A stretch of DNA of 64,000 nt from an uncultured Collinsella sp. Its GTDB lineage: Bacteria; Actinomycetota; Coriobacteriia; Coriobacteriales; Coriobacteriaceae. The notes under the pieces were generated by a model, which saw only the letters and a list, made by a program, of their open reading frames with translations, searched no databases and was not told the origin of the DNA. The position numbers were made by a program, and so were the translations under genes. This document shows positions 54,218 through 64,000 of the stretch, piece after piece (the first letter of the stretch is position 1; every line of letters begins with the position of its first letter). The stretch spans positions 13,697 to 77,696 of the forward strand of contig UQIP01000004.1 in the NCBI GenBank assembly GCA_900541005.1. Direction: 5' to 3'.

Positions 54218-54312
54218 ACAAAGACCGCAGGGACGGGAGCAGCTATACTACTCTCAGTAGTTAAGGGTCGCGGATCCGCCGCGTCGCCGTTCTCAACAGG
54301 AGGTCTTTGTTT

Positions 54313-54777
54313 ATGGCAGATCAAAAGCCGGTTGTCGGGATCATCATGGGCTCCAAGTCCGATCTGGGCGTTATGGAAGGTTGCACCGCCGAGCTCGAGG
54401 CGCTCGGTGTGCCCTATGAGCTCGTCATTGCGAGCGCACACCGCACGCCGGCGAAGGTCCACGAGTGGGCTTCGACTGCTGCCGATCGCGGTATCAAAGT
54501 GGTTGTCGCCGCCGCTGGCAAGGCCGCTCACCTGGGTGGTGTCGTGGCTGCCTTTACGCCGCTGCCGGTTATCGGCGTGCCTATGAAGACGAGTGACCTG
54601 GGCGGTATGGATTCGCTGCTGTCGATGGTGCAGATGCCTTCGGGTGTGCCTGTGGCCTGCGTTGCCATCAACGGCGCCAAGAACGCCGCCATCTACGCCA
54701 CGCAGATTCTAGGCGCTTGCGACCCCGAGTACCGCAAGGTTATCGAGAAGATGAAGCAGGAGATGGCCGACGCCTAG
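54313..54777 (+). CDS. purE: N5-CAIR mutase
   Basis: IIMGSKSD, SAHRTP, AAHLGGV, VQMPSGVPVA. Confidence 0.97.
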   Translation: MADQKPVVGIIMGSKSDLGVMEGCTAELEALGVPYELVIASAHRTPAKVHEWASTAADRGIKVVVAAAGKAAHLGGVVAAFTPLPVIGVPMKTSDLGGMDSLLSMVQMPSGVPVACVAINGAKNAAIYATQILGACDPEYRKVIEKMKQEMADA

Positions 54778-54812
54778 GCGTTCCGCCGTTTCACCGCAGT
54801 ATAAGGAGAGCC

Positions 54813-55811
54813 ATGTCCGACTATCAGGGAAAACGATTCAAGGCTTCTCAGATTCCCGATCCGTCGAAGCCGGGTGCTGCCCATGCGGCGCAGCAGGGTC
54901 GGACATCCTCTCCTCAGCAGCCGCGCGCGCCGCGTTCTGTAACGCCGACGTCCCATCGCCGTCAGGATACGCCGGCTGCGTATCGCCCTTCGTCTTATAG
55001 CACCGCTAAGAAGCCGCCCCGGTCTTCATCGCATGCCGCGCCGTCGGATTACACCGAGCCGCCGCGCAAAAAGCGCCGCTCCATTATTCCCATTCTGCTC
55101 ATCATCATCGGTATCGGCCTGATTGTTGCCGCCGCTGCCATCTTTATCAATGCGCAGATCGGTTACAAGCAGGCGAGCGAGTCGTACCAAAAGATCGAAG
55201 AGCAATATGCGCCCGCTAAGGACGCCAGCGGCGTGCCGGTTATCGACTTTAATGCCCTTGCCCAGACAAATCCCGAGGTCGTCGGTTGGATTTACGCACC
55301 GGGCACCAACATTAACTATCCCGTCGTGCAGGCTACTGATAACTCCAAGTACCTCAACACGTTGTTCGATGGCACGTCCAACGCATCGGGTGCCATCTTC
55401 TTGGATTACGAGGACAATGCGCCCGGCATGGTGGATCAGCAGACTACGATCTATGGTCACCACATGAACGACGGATCGATGTTCAATGTGATCTCGGATA
55501 CGACCGATCAGGCGACGTTCGACAGCATAGAGTACGTGTATTACATCACGCGCGACGCCACCTATAAGCTGCGTCCGCTGGCGACCAAGGTCGTTGAGGA
55601 TACGTACTCCAAGGCGCGCACGCCCAATTTTGAGGGCGACGACGGGCTCAAGAACTACCTGTCCGAGATGCTCGACGGTGCCTCTGCCGTGGCGAGCGAT
55701 GCCACTGATCGTGCTGCTTCGGCAACCAAGGTCGTAACGCTTGTGACCTGTCGTTCGTTATCGCTGAGCAACACGCGTGCCGTCATGGTGCTCACGCCGG
55801 TCGAGGAATAA
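54813..55811 (+). CDS. Class B sortase
   Basis: GWIYAPGTNINYPVVQ, IYGHHMNDGSMF, TLVTC...R; ATG at 54813 after AAGGAG. Confidence 0.9.
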   Translation: MSDYQGKRFKASQIPDPSKPGAAHAAQQGRTSSPQQPRAPRSVTPTSHRRQDTPAAYRPSSYSTAKKPPRSSSHAAPSDYTEPPRKKRRSIIPILLIIIGIGLIVAAAAIFINAQIGYKQASESYQKIEEQYAPAKDASGVPVIDFNALAQTNPEVVGWIYAPGTNINYPVVQATDNSKYLNTLFDGTSNASGAIFLDYEDNAPGMVDQQTTIYGHHMNDGSMFNVISDTTDQATFDSIEYVYYITRDATYKLRPLATKVVEDTYSKARTPNFEGDDGLKNYLSEMLDGASAVASDATDRAASATKVVTLVTCRSLSLSNTRAVMVLTPVEE

Positions 55812-55875
55812 GTTGTTCGAGAGTAGCTAAAAAAGCCCCGTTCCAAATTGGCTACTCGACGACGGTAAGGGAGAA

Positions 55876-56295
55876 ATGATGCTCGAGAATGGCAAAACGA
55901 TGCCTTCGATTGATGCTTGGCTGCGCGAGGCCAAGGCCGATTCGTCGGCACCTGCGTGCGGTATGTATCTGACACATAACGGTGTGGTGCGCGCGACGCC
56001 CAAGGCCGAGGCGCGCGGTGTCGAGACCGATGGCGTGGCGCCGGGCCACAAGGTGGGCAGCATGGTGTTCGGCTACGACGCCAGCAAGGTACAGGCCGCC
56101 ATCGAGGCGACGCGCGCGATGCCGGGTATCGGCTATGTGCGCGTGTGGCTGGCAAGCGGCGAGCTTGCCGTAGGTGACGACATCATGCTCGTGCTCATCG
56201 GCGGGGACATTCGCCCGCACGTGGTCGATGCGCTGCAGGCGCTCGTTGGCACCATCAAGAATGAATGCGTGAGTGAGGTCGAGCGCGAGGCGTAG
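55876..56295 (+). CDS. MoaE-like protein
   Basis: HNGVVR, GELAVGDDIMLVLIGGDIR. Confidence 0.75.
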   Translation: MMLENGKTMPSIDAWLREAKADSSAPACGMYLTHNGVVRATPKAEARGVETDGVAPGHKVGSMVFGYDASKVQAAIEATRAMPGIGYVRVWLASGELAVGDDIMLVLIGGDIRPHVVDALQALVGTIKNECVSEVEREA

Positions 56296-56325
56296 AGGCT
56301 TGCGTCGATAGAAGGCTCGTTTATA

Positions 56326-56364
56326 AAAATGCCCGCCGGTACGTGTGATACCGGCGGGCATTTT
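56326..56364. terminator. Bidirectional terminator
   Basis: AAAATGCCCGCCGGT...ACCGGCGGGCATTTT between convergent genes. Confidence 0.8.
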
Positions 56365-56385
56365 GCGTTTTGGGCGCGGTGGGCG

Positions 56386-57615
56386 CTACACGCGCGTCGC
56401 ATCCTTGGGGCTCATGGTCATGCTCTGGAAGCGGTTTTCCATAAAGTCATTATCGAAGTACTTGCCGTAGAACTGCGCAACGGGAATATCCGGTTCCGTG
56501 CCGTTGACGCGCTGATACCAATAATCGAGCGACTGCAGCGTCATAACGCCATCGACCAGCATAATGATGGTGAAGATGACGGTAGCCGAGTAGCGGCTCT
56601 TCCACGGAATCATGTTGATGAGCTTGAGCAGCCTCGGCAGCAGCAGCTTGATCCAGATGAGGCCACCCAGGCCCCACAGACAGGCGAAGCCCGTGCAGGT
56701 GCGTCCGCCCGTGAGGACCACGAGCGGGTCGGGCATACCGAACAGCGTTATGTGCGAGTAGCTCCACGAGACCACGCCAAACGCGGTCTGCATAAACCAG
56801 CCCACGAACACCTCAAAGCTGGCGCCGAGCAGGGCGCTCACCAGGAAAATGATGATGGGGTTCTTTTTATAGAAGCGGTTGAGCACCATGGTCATGAGCA
56901 CGGCACCAAAGCCGTAGATGGGGCTGAAGGGGCCAAACAGCATACCGGCGCGGTCCTGGTAGACACCCGGATCGTTGACGGTCATATGCCAGATATCCTC
57001 CAGGACCAGGCCGAGCACGCAGCAGACAAAGAATACCCAGAACAGGTTGAAGTAGTTGAGCTTGATGTAGCCCTCGCCGGTTTCATCGCGCCCGAGCATG
57101 CCCTCGGCGGCGGCGTCGCGGTCGAGCATCTCCTGCAGGCGGCGCTGCAGCTCGCGCTCCTGGCGCAGCGTGGGGTCGACGGTGGCCGAAAGTGCGACGA
57201 GGATGCCGAGCTGGATGGCAGGGCGCAGCAAGAAGGGCCCGATGCCCTGGAGCATCACGTCAACCAAAAGCTCGACGACGGTAAACGCGATAAGGATATA
57301 GGACAGACGGGCGGCATTGCGGCGCTGGTTCTTGATGAGGTCAAGGCTAAAGATGATCAAGATGACGGCACTGGCAGCCGAGAGCATGATGCCGGCGACA
57401 ATCAGTCCGACCGCGACGAGCGTGTTATCGCCGAGCTTGGCGGCGGCGTTGCCATTGATGAGCGCGGTGATGACCTGCCACATAAAGGCGCCGACCGAGG
57501 GGAGCGTGCCCACGCCGGACAGGATGCACAGGACGGCGTACACCTTAATGATGAGGGGGATCTTCTTGACCTCCGTGGCGCTGGGGACGCTGGGGTCGAG
57601 TTCGTTTCGATCCAT
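56386..57615 (-). CDS. Putative ABC transporter permease-like membrane protein (DUF1113/CmpB-type)
   Basis: GMLFGPFSPIYGFG, WSYS, GRTC...WG; ATG at 57615 after GAAAGG. Confidence 0.75.
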   Translation of the reverse strand: MDRNELDPSVPSATEVKKIPLIIKVYAVLCILSGVGTLPSVGAFMWQVITALINGNAAAKLGDNTLVAVGLIVAGIMLSAASAVILIIFSLDLIKNQRRNAARLSYILIAFTVVELLVDVMLQGIGPFLLRPAIQLGILVALSATVDPTLRQERELQRRLQEMLDRDAAAEGMLGRDETGEGYIKLNYFNLFWVFFVCCVLGLVLEDIWHMTVNDPGVYQDRAGMLFGPFSPIYGFGAVLMTMVLNRFYKKNPIIIFLVSALLGASFEVFVGWFMQTAFGVVSWSYSHITLFGMPDPLVVLTGGRTCTGFACLWGLGGLIWIKLLLPRLLKLINMIPWKSRYSATVIFTIIMLVDGVMTLQSLDYWYQRVNGTEPDIPVAQFYGKYFDNDFMENRFQSMTMSPKDATRV

Positions 57616-57909
57616 ACATAACCTTTCTCGTTTTGCTGTAGGTACAAGGATACGCCGCCGACCTGCCAAAAGACAGGACGAACGTCCCGATTGCAACAAT
57701 GCAAGCCCTAACGGCGGGCGAGACACGTCGCAACGAAAGCATGCGGGATCGTCGGCCCCGAGGCGGTTGCCCAATAAAATGTTTGGCTGCAAAACGGATT
57801 ATAAGCTCGGTGGGCTTTTAAAAAGCGCTGTTCATGCGCGGGAGTGCTTGTCTTGCCGTGCGTATAATAGGGCAGGTAACGCCAAATAACGAGGCTCTGA
57901 GGGGATGCC

Positions 57910-59580
57910 ATGTCTCAAGAAACCATCCACGCGGCCGAGCGCGCCGCGGGACAGGTGAAGACCATGTCGACGTATGATCCGGACTCCGACCAGCTGCATG
58001 AGGAATGCGGCATTTTTGGTGTGTGGGCGCCCGATCGCGATGTGGCTCGACTGACGTACTTTGGTCTGCGCGCGCTGCAGCATCGCGGCCAGGAATCGGC
58101 GGGAATCGCCGTGGGTGATGGCGGCACGGTTATGGTTCGCAAAGACCTGGGACTGCTCGATCGCGTGTTCTCCAACGCCGACTTGTCGACGCTCTCCGGC
58201 CAGCTGGCCGTGGGCCACGTGCGCTATGGCACTGCCGGTGCCAAGAGCTGGGAAGCCTCGCAGCCGCATCTTTCTACCATCAACAGCGTCATTATCGCGC
58301 TTGCTCACAACGGCACTCTGGTCAACACCGACGAGCTACGCCGCCAGCTGATCGAGCTGGGCGTGCCGTTCCTCTCCAATTCGGATTCCGAGGTCGCGAC
58401 CAAGCTTATCGGCTACTTTACTCAGCGTACAGGCCATCTGCGCGAGGGCATTCGCAAGACCATGGAGCTCGTGCGTGGCGGCTACGCCATGACGCTCATC
58501 AACGAGCAGGCGCTCTACGCATTCCGCGATCCGCACGGCATTCGCCCGCTCGTGCTGGGCAAGCTGGTGGACGAGGGTCTGGACCAGGCCGATGCCGCAT
58601 CCGTTTCGCAGCTGCCGTCGCAGGACGGTGCCGCTACGGTCGACGCCACCACCCATGTCACGCGCGCCGGCGGCTGGGTCGTTGCCTCCGAGACGTGCGC
58701 GCTCGATATCGTGGGCGCCGAGTACGTCCGTGACGTCCGTCCCGGCGAGATCTTGCGCATCAGCGCCGAGGGTCTGGTATCCGAGCAGGGCGTGCCTGCA
58801 GCCGAAGAGCCCGCCAACTGCATCTTTGAGCAGGTCTACTTCGCCCGTCCCGACTCCATCATGAACGGCAAGAGCGTCTATGCCTGCCGTTACGACATGG
58901 GTCGCCAGCTGGCACACGAGGAGCCAGTCGAGGCCGATCTGGTCATCGGCGTGCCCGACTCCGGCCTGCCGCCCGCGGAGGGGTATTCGCACGAGAGCGG
59001 TATTCCCTTTGGCGAGGGCCTTATCAAGAACCGCTACGTGGGCCGTACGTTTATCGAGCCTACGCAGGAGTTGCGCGCCATGGGCGTGCGCATGAAGCTC
59101 AACCCGCTGCGCGACAACATCGAGGGCAAGCGCCTGGTCGTCATCGACGACTCCATCGTGCGCGGCACCACCATGGTGCAGCTCGTCAAGATGCTGCGCA
59201 ACGCTGGCGCCAAGGAGATTCATATCCGCATCAACTCGCCCGAGGTCATCTGGCCGTGCTTCTACGGCATCGATACCGACGTGCAGTCGCAGCTCATCAG
59301 CGCCAACAAGACGGTCGATGAGATTTGCGAGTATATCGGCGCCGATTCGCTGGCCTTCCTTTCGGTCGAGGGCCTGCTTAAGGTCATGCCCAAGGGCGGC
59401 TACTGCGATGCGTGCTTTACCGGCCGCTACCCCGTGGCGATTCCCGAGAGCTTTGGCCGCGACAAGTTTATGGAGGGCTTTAAGCCCCGCAACTTGGATA
59501 AGCCGCTGCACTTTGACGACGATGCCGTGGTCGAGAAATACGACGACCGCAGCTGGGAAGAGAAGCACGGCGAGGCCTAA
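57910..59580 (+). CDS. purF: Amidophosphoribosyltransferase
   Basis: EECGIFG, LQHRGQESAG, GHVRY, VIDDSIVRGTT, CFYGID, CDACF. Confidence 0.97.
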   Translation: MSQETIHAAERAAGQVKTMSTYDPDSDQLHEECGIFGVWAPDRDVARLTYFGLRALQHRGQESAGIAVGDGGTVMVRKDLGLLDRVFSNADLSTLSGQLAVGHVRYGTAGAKSWEASQPHLSTINSVIIALAHNGTLVNTDELRRQLIELGVPFLSNSDSEVATKLIGYFTQRTGHLREGIRKTMELVRGGYAMTLINEQALYAFRDPHGIRPLVLGKLVDEGLDQADAASVSQLPSQDGAATVDATTHVTRAGGWVVASETCALDIVGAEYVRDVRPGEILRISAEGLVSEQGVPAAEEPANCIFEQVYFARPDSIMNGKSVYACRYDMGRQLAHEEPVEADLVIGVPDSGLPPAEGYSHESGIPFGEGLIKNRYVGRTFIEPTQELRAMGVRMKLNPLRDNIEGKRLVVIDDSIVRGTTMVQLVKMLRNAGAKEIHIRINSPEVIWPCFYGIDTDVQSQLISANKTVDEICEYIGADSLAFLSVEGLLKVMPKGGYCDACFTGRYPVAIPESFGRDKFMEGFKPRNLDKPLHFDDDAVVEKYDDRSWEEKHGEA

Positions 59581-59736
59581 AACCTGCCATGTAGGGACAG
59601 GTTTATTTTGGTAGGTTTTATCTGCTGTTTTATTGATATGACGGCGTGTGCTGTTATGGCACACGCCGAAATGAACACAACTATGAGCACCGTTTGGCGC
59701 CCGCGCGGCGGACGGTAGTGGGAGAGGAAGGCTCAG

Positions 59737-60840
59737 ATGAGCGACAGCAAGCATGTGACGTATGAGGATGCCGGCGTCGATACCGCTGAGGGCGGCCGCG
59801 CCGTTGACGCTATTAAGCAGATGGTCAAGGACACCAACCGCCCCGAGGTTATCGGCGGCATCGGTGGCTTTGGTGGCCTGTTCTCGGCCGCCGCGCTTAA
59901 GGATATGGAAGATCCGATTCTGATTAGCGGTACCGACGGCGTGGGCACCAAGCTCGTGCTCGCCCAGATCATGGGCCGTCACGAGACGGTGGGCCAGGAC
60001 CTGGTCGCTATGTGCGTCAACGACATTTTGGCTTCGGGCGCCGAGCCGCTGTTCTTCCTGGACTACGTTGCCATCGGTCACATCGAGGCCGAGCGCATGG
60101 CAAAGATCATCAAGGGTGTGGCCGACGGCTGCAAGCTCGCGGGCTGCGCGCTCGTGGGCGGCGAGATGGCCGAGCACCCGGGCGTCATGGCTCCGTCCGA
60201 CTACGACCTCGCCGGCTTTACCGTGGGCGTCGTCGATCGTCCCAAGATGCTCGACCCCGCGAATGTCCGTCCCGGCGACGTGATCCTGGGCCTGCCTTCC
60301 ACCGGCGTGCATTCCAACGGCTACTCGCTCGTGCGCAAGGTCATTGGCGTCGACGGCATCAAGCCGGGCACGCCCGAGGCCGCCGCTAAGGCCGAGGAGC
60401 TGAGCCGCCCGCTCGAGGAGCTCGGCGGCGCATCGCTGGCCGACGCCCTGCTGGCCCCCACGCGCATTTATGTGAAGCCGATTCTTGAGCTGCTGCGCGG
60501 CGGCGCTCCGGTGCACGCTATCGCCCACATCACCGGCGGCGGCATCACCGAGAACCTCAACCGCGCGCTTGCCGACGACGTCGACGCCGTGGTCACCCGT
60601 AGCGGTGCCGAGATGGGCTGGGACGTTCCGCCCGTCATCACCTACGTGTCGCGCCAGGCCGAGCTCGCGCCCAACGAGGCGTGCAAGACCTTCAACATGG
60701 GCGTTGGCCTGTGCCTGATCGTCGCCCCCGAGGACGAGGCCGCGGTTACCGAGGCCCTGGTCGCGCTGGGCGAGAAGCCGTTCCGCGTGGGCGAGTGCGT
60801 TGAGGGTTCCGGTAAGGTCGTGTACTCCGATGAGCGCTAA
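59737..60840 (+). CDS. purM: AIR synthetase
   Basis: YEDAGVD, TDGVGTK, GAEPLFFLDY, HSNGYSL, HITGGG. Confidence 0.97.
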   Translation: MSDSKHVTYEDAGVDTAEGGRAVDAIKQMVKDTNRPEVIGGIGGFGGLFSAAALKDMEDPILISGTDGVGTKLVLAQIMGRHETVGQDLVAMCVNDILASGAEPLFFLDYVAIGHIEAERMAKIIKGVADGCKLAGCALVGGEMAEHPGVMAPSDYDLAGFTVGVVDRPKMLDPANVRPGDVILGLPSTGVHSNGYSLVRKVIGVDGIKPGTPEAAAKAEELSRPLEELGGASLADALLAPTRIYVKPILELLRGGAPVHAIAHITGGGITENLNRALADDVDAVVTRSGAEMGWDVPPVITYVSRQAELAPNEACKTFNMGVGLCLIVAPEDEAAVTEALVALGEKPFRVGECVEGSGKVVYSDER

Positions 60841-61531
60841 CGAGCAGATGGCTGCTGCCGAGGGCCTGGATTTTGTGCCCTATACCCGTCCGACCGGCAC
60901 CGATACGGCCGAGCCGCTCAAGATCGGTGTGCTCATCAGCGGTTCGGGTACCAACCTGCAGGCGCTGATCGATTTGATCGCTGCCGGCAAGCTCAACGCT
61001 TCGATTGAGCTTGTGGTGTCGAGCCGTCCTTCGGCTAAGGGTTTGCATCGCGCTGAGCGCGCGGGCATCCAGACGCTCACGCTGTCCAAGGATGTCTACG
61101 CCGACCCCATCGCCGCCGACGAGATCATCGCGCACGAGCTTCTCGAGCGCGGCTGCGAGTATGTGGTCATGGCCGGCTACATGCGCATGGTGCACACGCC
61201 TTTGCTGGCGGCGTTTCCCAACCGCGTGGTCAATTTGCATCCGGCGCTGCTGCCGAGCTTTACCGGTGCGCATGCGATTGACGATGCCTTTGCGCGCGGC
61301 GTCAAGGTAACTGGCGTGACCGTGCATTTTGCCAACGAGATCTACGACAACGGTCCCATCATCGCCCAGCGCGCGCTGGCTGTCGAGGAAGGCTGGGATG
61401 TCGACACGCTCGAGGAGCACATCCACGCGATTGAGCACGTGCTGTATCCCGAGGTCGTGCAAATGCTCGCCGACGGCCGCGTCCACGTGCTGGAGAGCGG
61501 CAAGGTCGCAATTGACGCGCCTCGCGGCTAG
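60830..61531 (+). CDS. purN: Phosphoribosylglycinamide formyltransferase
   Basis: ISGSGTNLQA, AGYMR, NLHPALLP, GVTVHF. Confidence 0.97.
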   Translation: MSANEQMAAAEGLDFVPYTRPTGTDTAEPLKIGVLISGSGTNLQALIDLIAAGKLNASIELVVSSRPSAKGLHRAERAGIQTLTLSKDVYADPIAADEIIAHELLERGCEYVVMAGYMRMVHTPLLAAFPNRVVNLHPALLPSFTGAHAIDDAFARGVKVTGVTVHFANEIYDNGPIIAQRALAVEEGWDVDTLEEHIHAIEHVLYPEVVQMLADGRVHVLESGKVAIDAPRG

Positions 61532-61563
61532 CGGCGCACAGTACAATTTAGCCGAGTAGTCAG

Positions 61564-61607
61564 GGTGGTCATTGGCGCCAAGGCGCGCGTGGCCACCTTT
61601 TGTTTTG
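61564..61607 (+). terminator. Terminator after purN
   Basis: GGTGGTCA...TGGCCACC followed by TTTTGTTTT. Confidence 0.55.
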
Positions 61608-61683
61608 GGTAGTCATCGGGAACGGTCTTTAACGACTGGTCATTCAAGAACGTCGCAGGTGACTAGATGAGAGAGGTGAGCGC

Positions 61684-62148
61684 ATGGCGGATAACGAAGC
61701 GCTGTTTACGCCTGAGCTGGTGTTTTTTGATTGGGAGTGTGCAACGCCGGATGAGGTGTTTGCGGGGCTCGAGGGCGAGCTTGCACCACGTGGCTACATT
61801 GCGTCCGGTTGGCTCGACGCCGTTCGCACGCGCGAGGATGCCTATCCCACGGGTCTTGCCATGCCGGCGGCAAACATTGCCATTCCGCATACCGATCCGG
61901 GGTTTGTGGCCAAGCCCTATATCGCGGTGGTGAAGCCTGCCGCGCCCGTGACATTTAACGCTATGGCTGGCATGGGCGCTCCGGTGCCGGCGCAGATCGT
62001 CATCAATCTGGGCATCGCCGAGCCGGGCGGCCAGGTCGAGGCCCTGCAGGCGCTCATGAACATCTTTATGGACGCCGATGCCGCAGCCGACGTGCTCGGC
62101 CAGATCACGCCCCAGGGCATGGTCGACGCCATCCGCCGTCACTTCTAA
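61684..62148 (+). CDS. Stand-alone PTS IIA (Gat/Fru/Ntr type)
   Basis: REDAYPTGL...IAIPH phospho-His motif. Confidence 0.88.
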   Translation: MADNEALFTPELVFFDWECATPDEVFAGLEGELAPRGYIASGWLDAVRTREDAYPTGLAMPAANIAIPHTDPGFVAKPYIAVVKPAAPVTFNAMAGMGAPVPAQIVINLGIAEPGGQVEALQALMNIFMDADAAADVLGQITPQGMVDAIRRHF

Positions 62149-62283
62149 GGTGCCGGCTGCCACATCTGTCCCCTTTGCACCAAAATGGTGCAGATTAACC
62201 TGTCCCCAATGCACCAAGCGTGCCGCGGGGGCTGCGTTGTGACACAATGGCGTTTGTTCGATTCGTTATGCGAAAGGCCAACT

Positions 62284-63504
62284 ATGGCAAATAAGAAAAA
62301 GAACCCCGCACCCGAGCCGACGCCCGAGCAGCAGGCTCGCGCCGCCTCCAGCTCTCGCAAGAAGCAGCGCAAGACCCGCGTGTCCAAGACCGTTAAGATC
62401 GTTCTGGTGGTCATCGGCGTGCTGGCGATGCTGCTTTCCGTCTCTGCCATGGCGTGCTCTGGCCTTATGTCGCAGGCCGAGGACACCTCGGGCTACAAGC
62501 TGACCGGCGGTGTTGCTGCCACTATCAACGGCACCAACCTCACCGAGGACACCGTGACCAAGCAGATCATGAGCATGCGCACGTCCTACGGCTACACCAA
62601 GGATAAGGATTGGGCGCAGTATCTGGTTGACAACGACCTCACGCCCAAGAAGTACCGCAAGCAACTCATCGACTCCTACACGCAGCAGATTCTGCTTCAA
62701 CAGGCACAGAAGGAGAACGGCGTGACGGTGTCTGACGAGGAGGTCGAGAAGGCTTGGAAGGACGCGTGCAAGAGCGCGGGCGGCGCCAAGGCCTTTAAGA
62801 AGACCCTCAAGACCTACGGCTATACCGAGGACACCTACAAGGACTCACTCAAGGAGAGTCTGGCGCAGCAGAAACTCAAGGATGCCGTCGCGCCCACGAG
62901 CAAGCCCAAGGACAGCGAGATTGTCGATTACATCAACGAAAACCTGTCCAGCTACAACGACGCCCGCCGCTCGTCGAACATCCTGATCAAGGTTGATTCT
63001 GACGCTTCCGACGAGGACAAGGCTGCCGCCAAGGCCAAGGCGCAGGAGTGCCTGGACAAGATCAACTCCGGTGAGCTGAGCTTTGAGGACGCCGTTGAGC
63101 AGTACTCCGAGGACACCGGTTCCAAGGAGAAGAAGGGCGATGTGGGCTGGGATAAGCTCACCACTTTCGTCGACAGCTACCAGACGGCGCTCGAGGGACT
63201 CAACAAGGGCGACGTGAGCGAAGTCGTCGAGTCGACCTATGGCTACCACATCATCAAGTGCACCGACTACTTCCATGTCGATAATCAGGTTGATGACATC
63301 AACCAGGTGCCCAAGGACATCAAAAAGTACGTCTCCAACGTGGTGAAGACGCAAGCGGCCAGCACCGCGTACAGCGAGTGGCTGGAGCAGTACAAGAAGG
63401 ATGCCGACATCACCGTCAACCCCATGCCCAAGGACGTACCCTATAACGTGAGTCTGAAGGGCGTCACCAAGAGTTCGACCGACGATTCGTCGAAGACTGA
63501 GTAA
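62284..63504 (+). CDS. PrsA/SurA-like parvulin foldase
   Basis: N-terminal TM with AMAC, AATING, NILIK, SEDTGS...GDVGW, YGYHII. Confidence 0.9.
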   Translation: MANKKKNPAPEPTPEQQARAASSSRKKQRKTRVSKTVKIVLVVIGVLAMLLSVSAMACSGLMSQAEDTSGYKLTGGVAATINGTNLTEDTVTKQIMSMRTSYGYTKDKDWAQYLVDNDLTPKKYRKQLIDSYTQQILLQQAQKENGVTVSDEEVEKAWKDACKSAGGAKAFKKTLKTYGYTEDTYKDSLKESLAQQKLKDAVAPTSKPKDSEIVDYINENLSSYNDARRSSNILIKVDSDASDEDKAAAKAKAQECLDKINSGELSFEDAVEQYSEDTGSKEKKGDVGWDKLTTFVDSYQTALEGLNKGDVSEVVESTYGYHIIKCTDYFHVDNQVDDINQVPKDIKKYVSNVVKTQAASTAYSEWLEQYKKDADITVNPMPKDVPYNVSLKGVTKSSTDDSSKTE

Positions 63505-63558
63505 CCATGGGGCGGTGCTCGCGTGAGTGCCGCCCACGCTATTAGAGAGGATTTGCAG

Positions 63559-64000
63559 ATGACCAACGAAGAGCTGCAGAAAGAAATGATCGCGGCCATG
63601 AAGGCCAAGGACAAGGTTCGCCTGTCCATCATTCGCCAGGTCAAGGCCGAGGTGAAGAATATCGAGGTTAACGAGCGCCGCGATGTGACCGAGGAAGACG
63701 TCAACAGCATGATCAAGCGTCTGATCAAGCAGACGAGCGAGACGCTGGAGATGTCCATCAAGGCCGGCACCGACCAGGAGCGTACCGACAACCTGACCGA
63801 GCAGGTCAAGATTCTGGAGAGCCTGCTGCCCGCGCAGGTTTCGGGCGAGGAGCTCGAGGCCCTGATCGAGCAGGTCATCGCCGAGCTGGGCGCTACTTCC
63901 AAGAAGCAGATGGGCCAGGTCATGGGAGCACTCGGCAAGGCCACCGGCGGCAACTTCGATAAGCCTGCCGCGGCAAAGATCGTCGGAGCAAAGCTGGCTT
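63559..64000 (+). CDS. GatB/YqeY domain protein (3' end truncated by the window)
   Basis: Hand translation MTNEELQKEMIAAMKAKDKVRLSIIR...LPAQ...KKQMGQVMG; GAGAGG RBS. Confidence 0.88.
   Translation, partial: MTNEELQKEMIAAMKAKDKVRLSIIRQVKAEVKNIEVNERRDVTEEDVNSMIKRLIKQTSETLEMSIKAGTDQERTDNLTEQVKILESLLPAQVSGEELEALIEQVIAELGATSKKQMGQVMGALGKATGGNFDKPAAAKIVGAKLA

Noticed and set aside
57616..57909. Purine or ZTP riboswitch upstream of purF (also looked for before purA, purD, purE and after purN)
   Set aside because: No conserved aptamer motifs recognised by eye; a covariance search would be needed to exclude one

Overview
High-GC (about 60-65%) chromosomal window containing the replication origin of an actinobacterium, most likely a Coriobacteriia member such as Collinsella (inferred from gene content and style, not from a search). 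The core block is parB-parA-rsmG-jag-yidC-yidD-rnpA-rpmH on the minus strand, then [GHKL ATPase/Gln-rich/wHTH gene]-dnaA-oriC-dnaN-recF-dciA-gyrB-gyrA-tRNA-Ile on the plus strand. It is followed by typA, two tRNA-Ser genes, rpsF-ssb-rpsR-rplI-dnaB, purine and carbamoyl-phosphate genes (purA, purD, carAB, purE, purF, purM, purN) and a lower-GC island of about 5.3 kb (mannose-family PTS IIB/IIC/IID, GntR, esterase, Phd/RelE toxin-antitoxin). Left of the origin are a PafB/PafC-like WYL pair, a DnaQ-DinG fusion, ddl, rlmN and a very large degenerate M28-like membrane protein. The most unusual features are: (i) an uncharacterised GHKL-ATPase/Gln-Pro-rich/winged-helix gene between rpmH and dnaA, among non-canonical TTTTCAACA DnaA-box-like sites, with a DnaA whose recognition helix is altered; (ii) a structured element carrying a perfect inverted copy of the tRNA-Ser(CGA) 3' end; (iii) three perfect parS sites at an exact 39-bp period, plus one parS inside dnaA, with a GC trough around the cluster; (iv) several long intergenic palindromes, two of which bracket the PTS island. 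No CRISPR array, integrase or transposase was seen.
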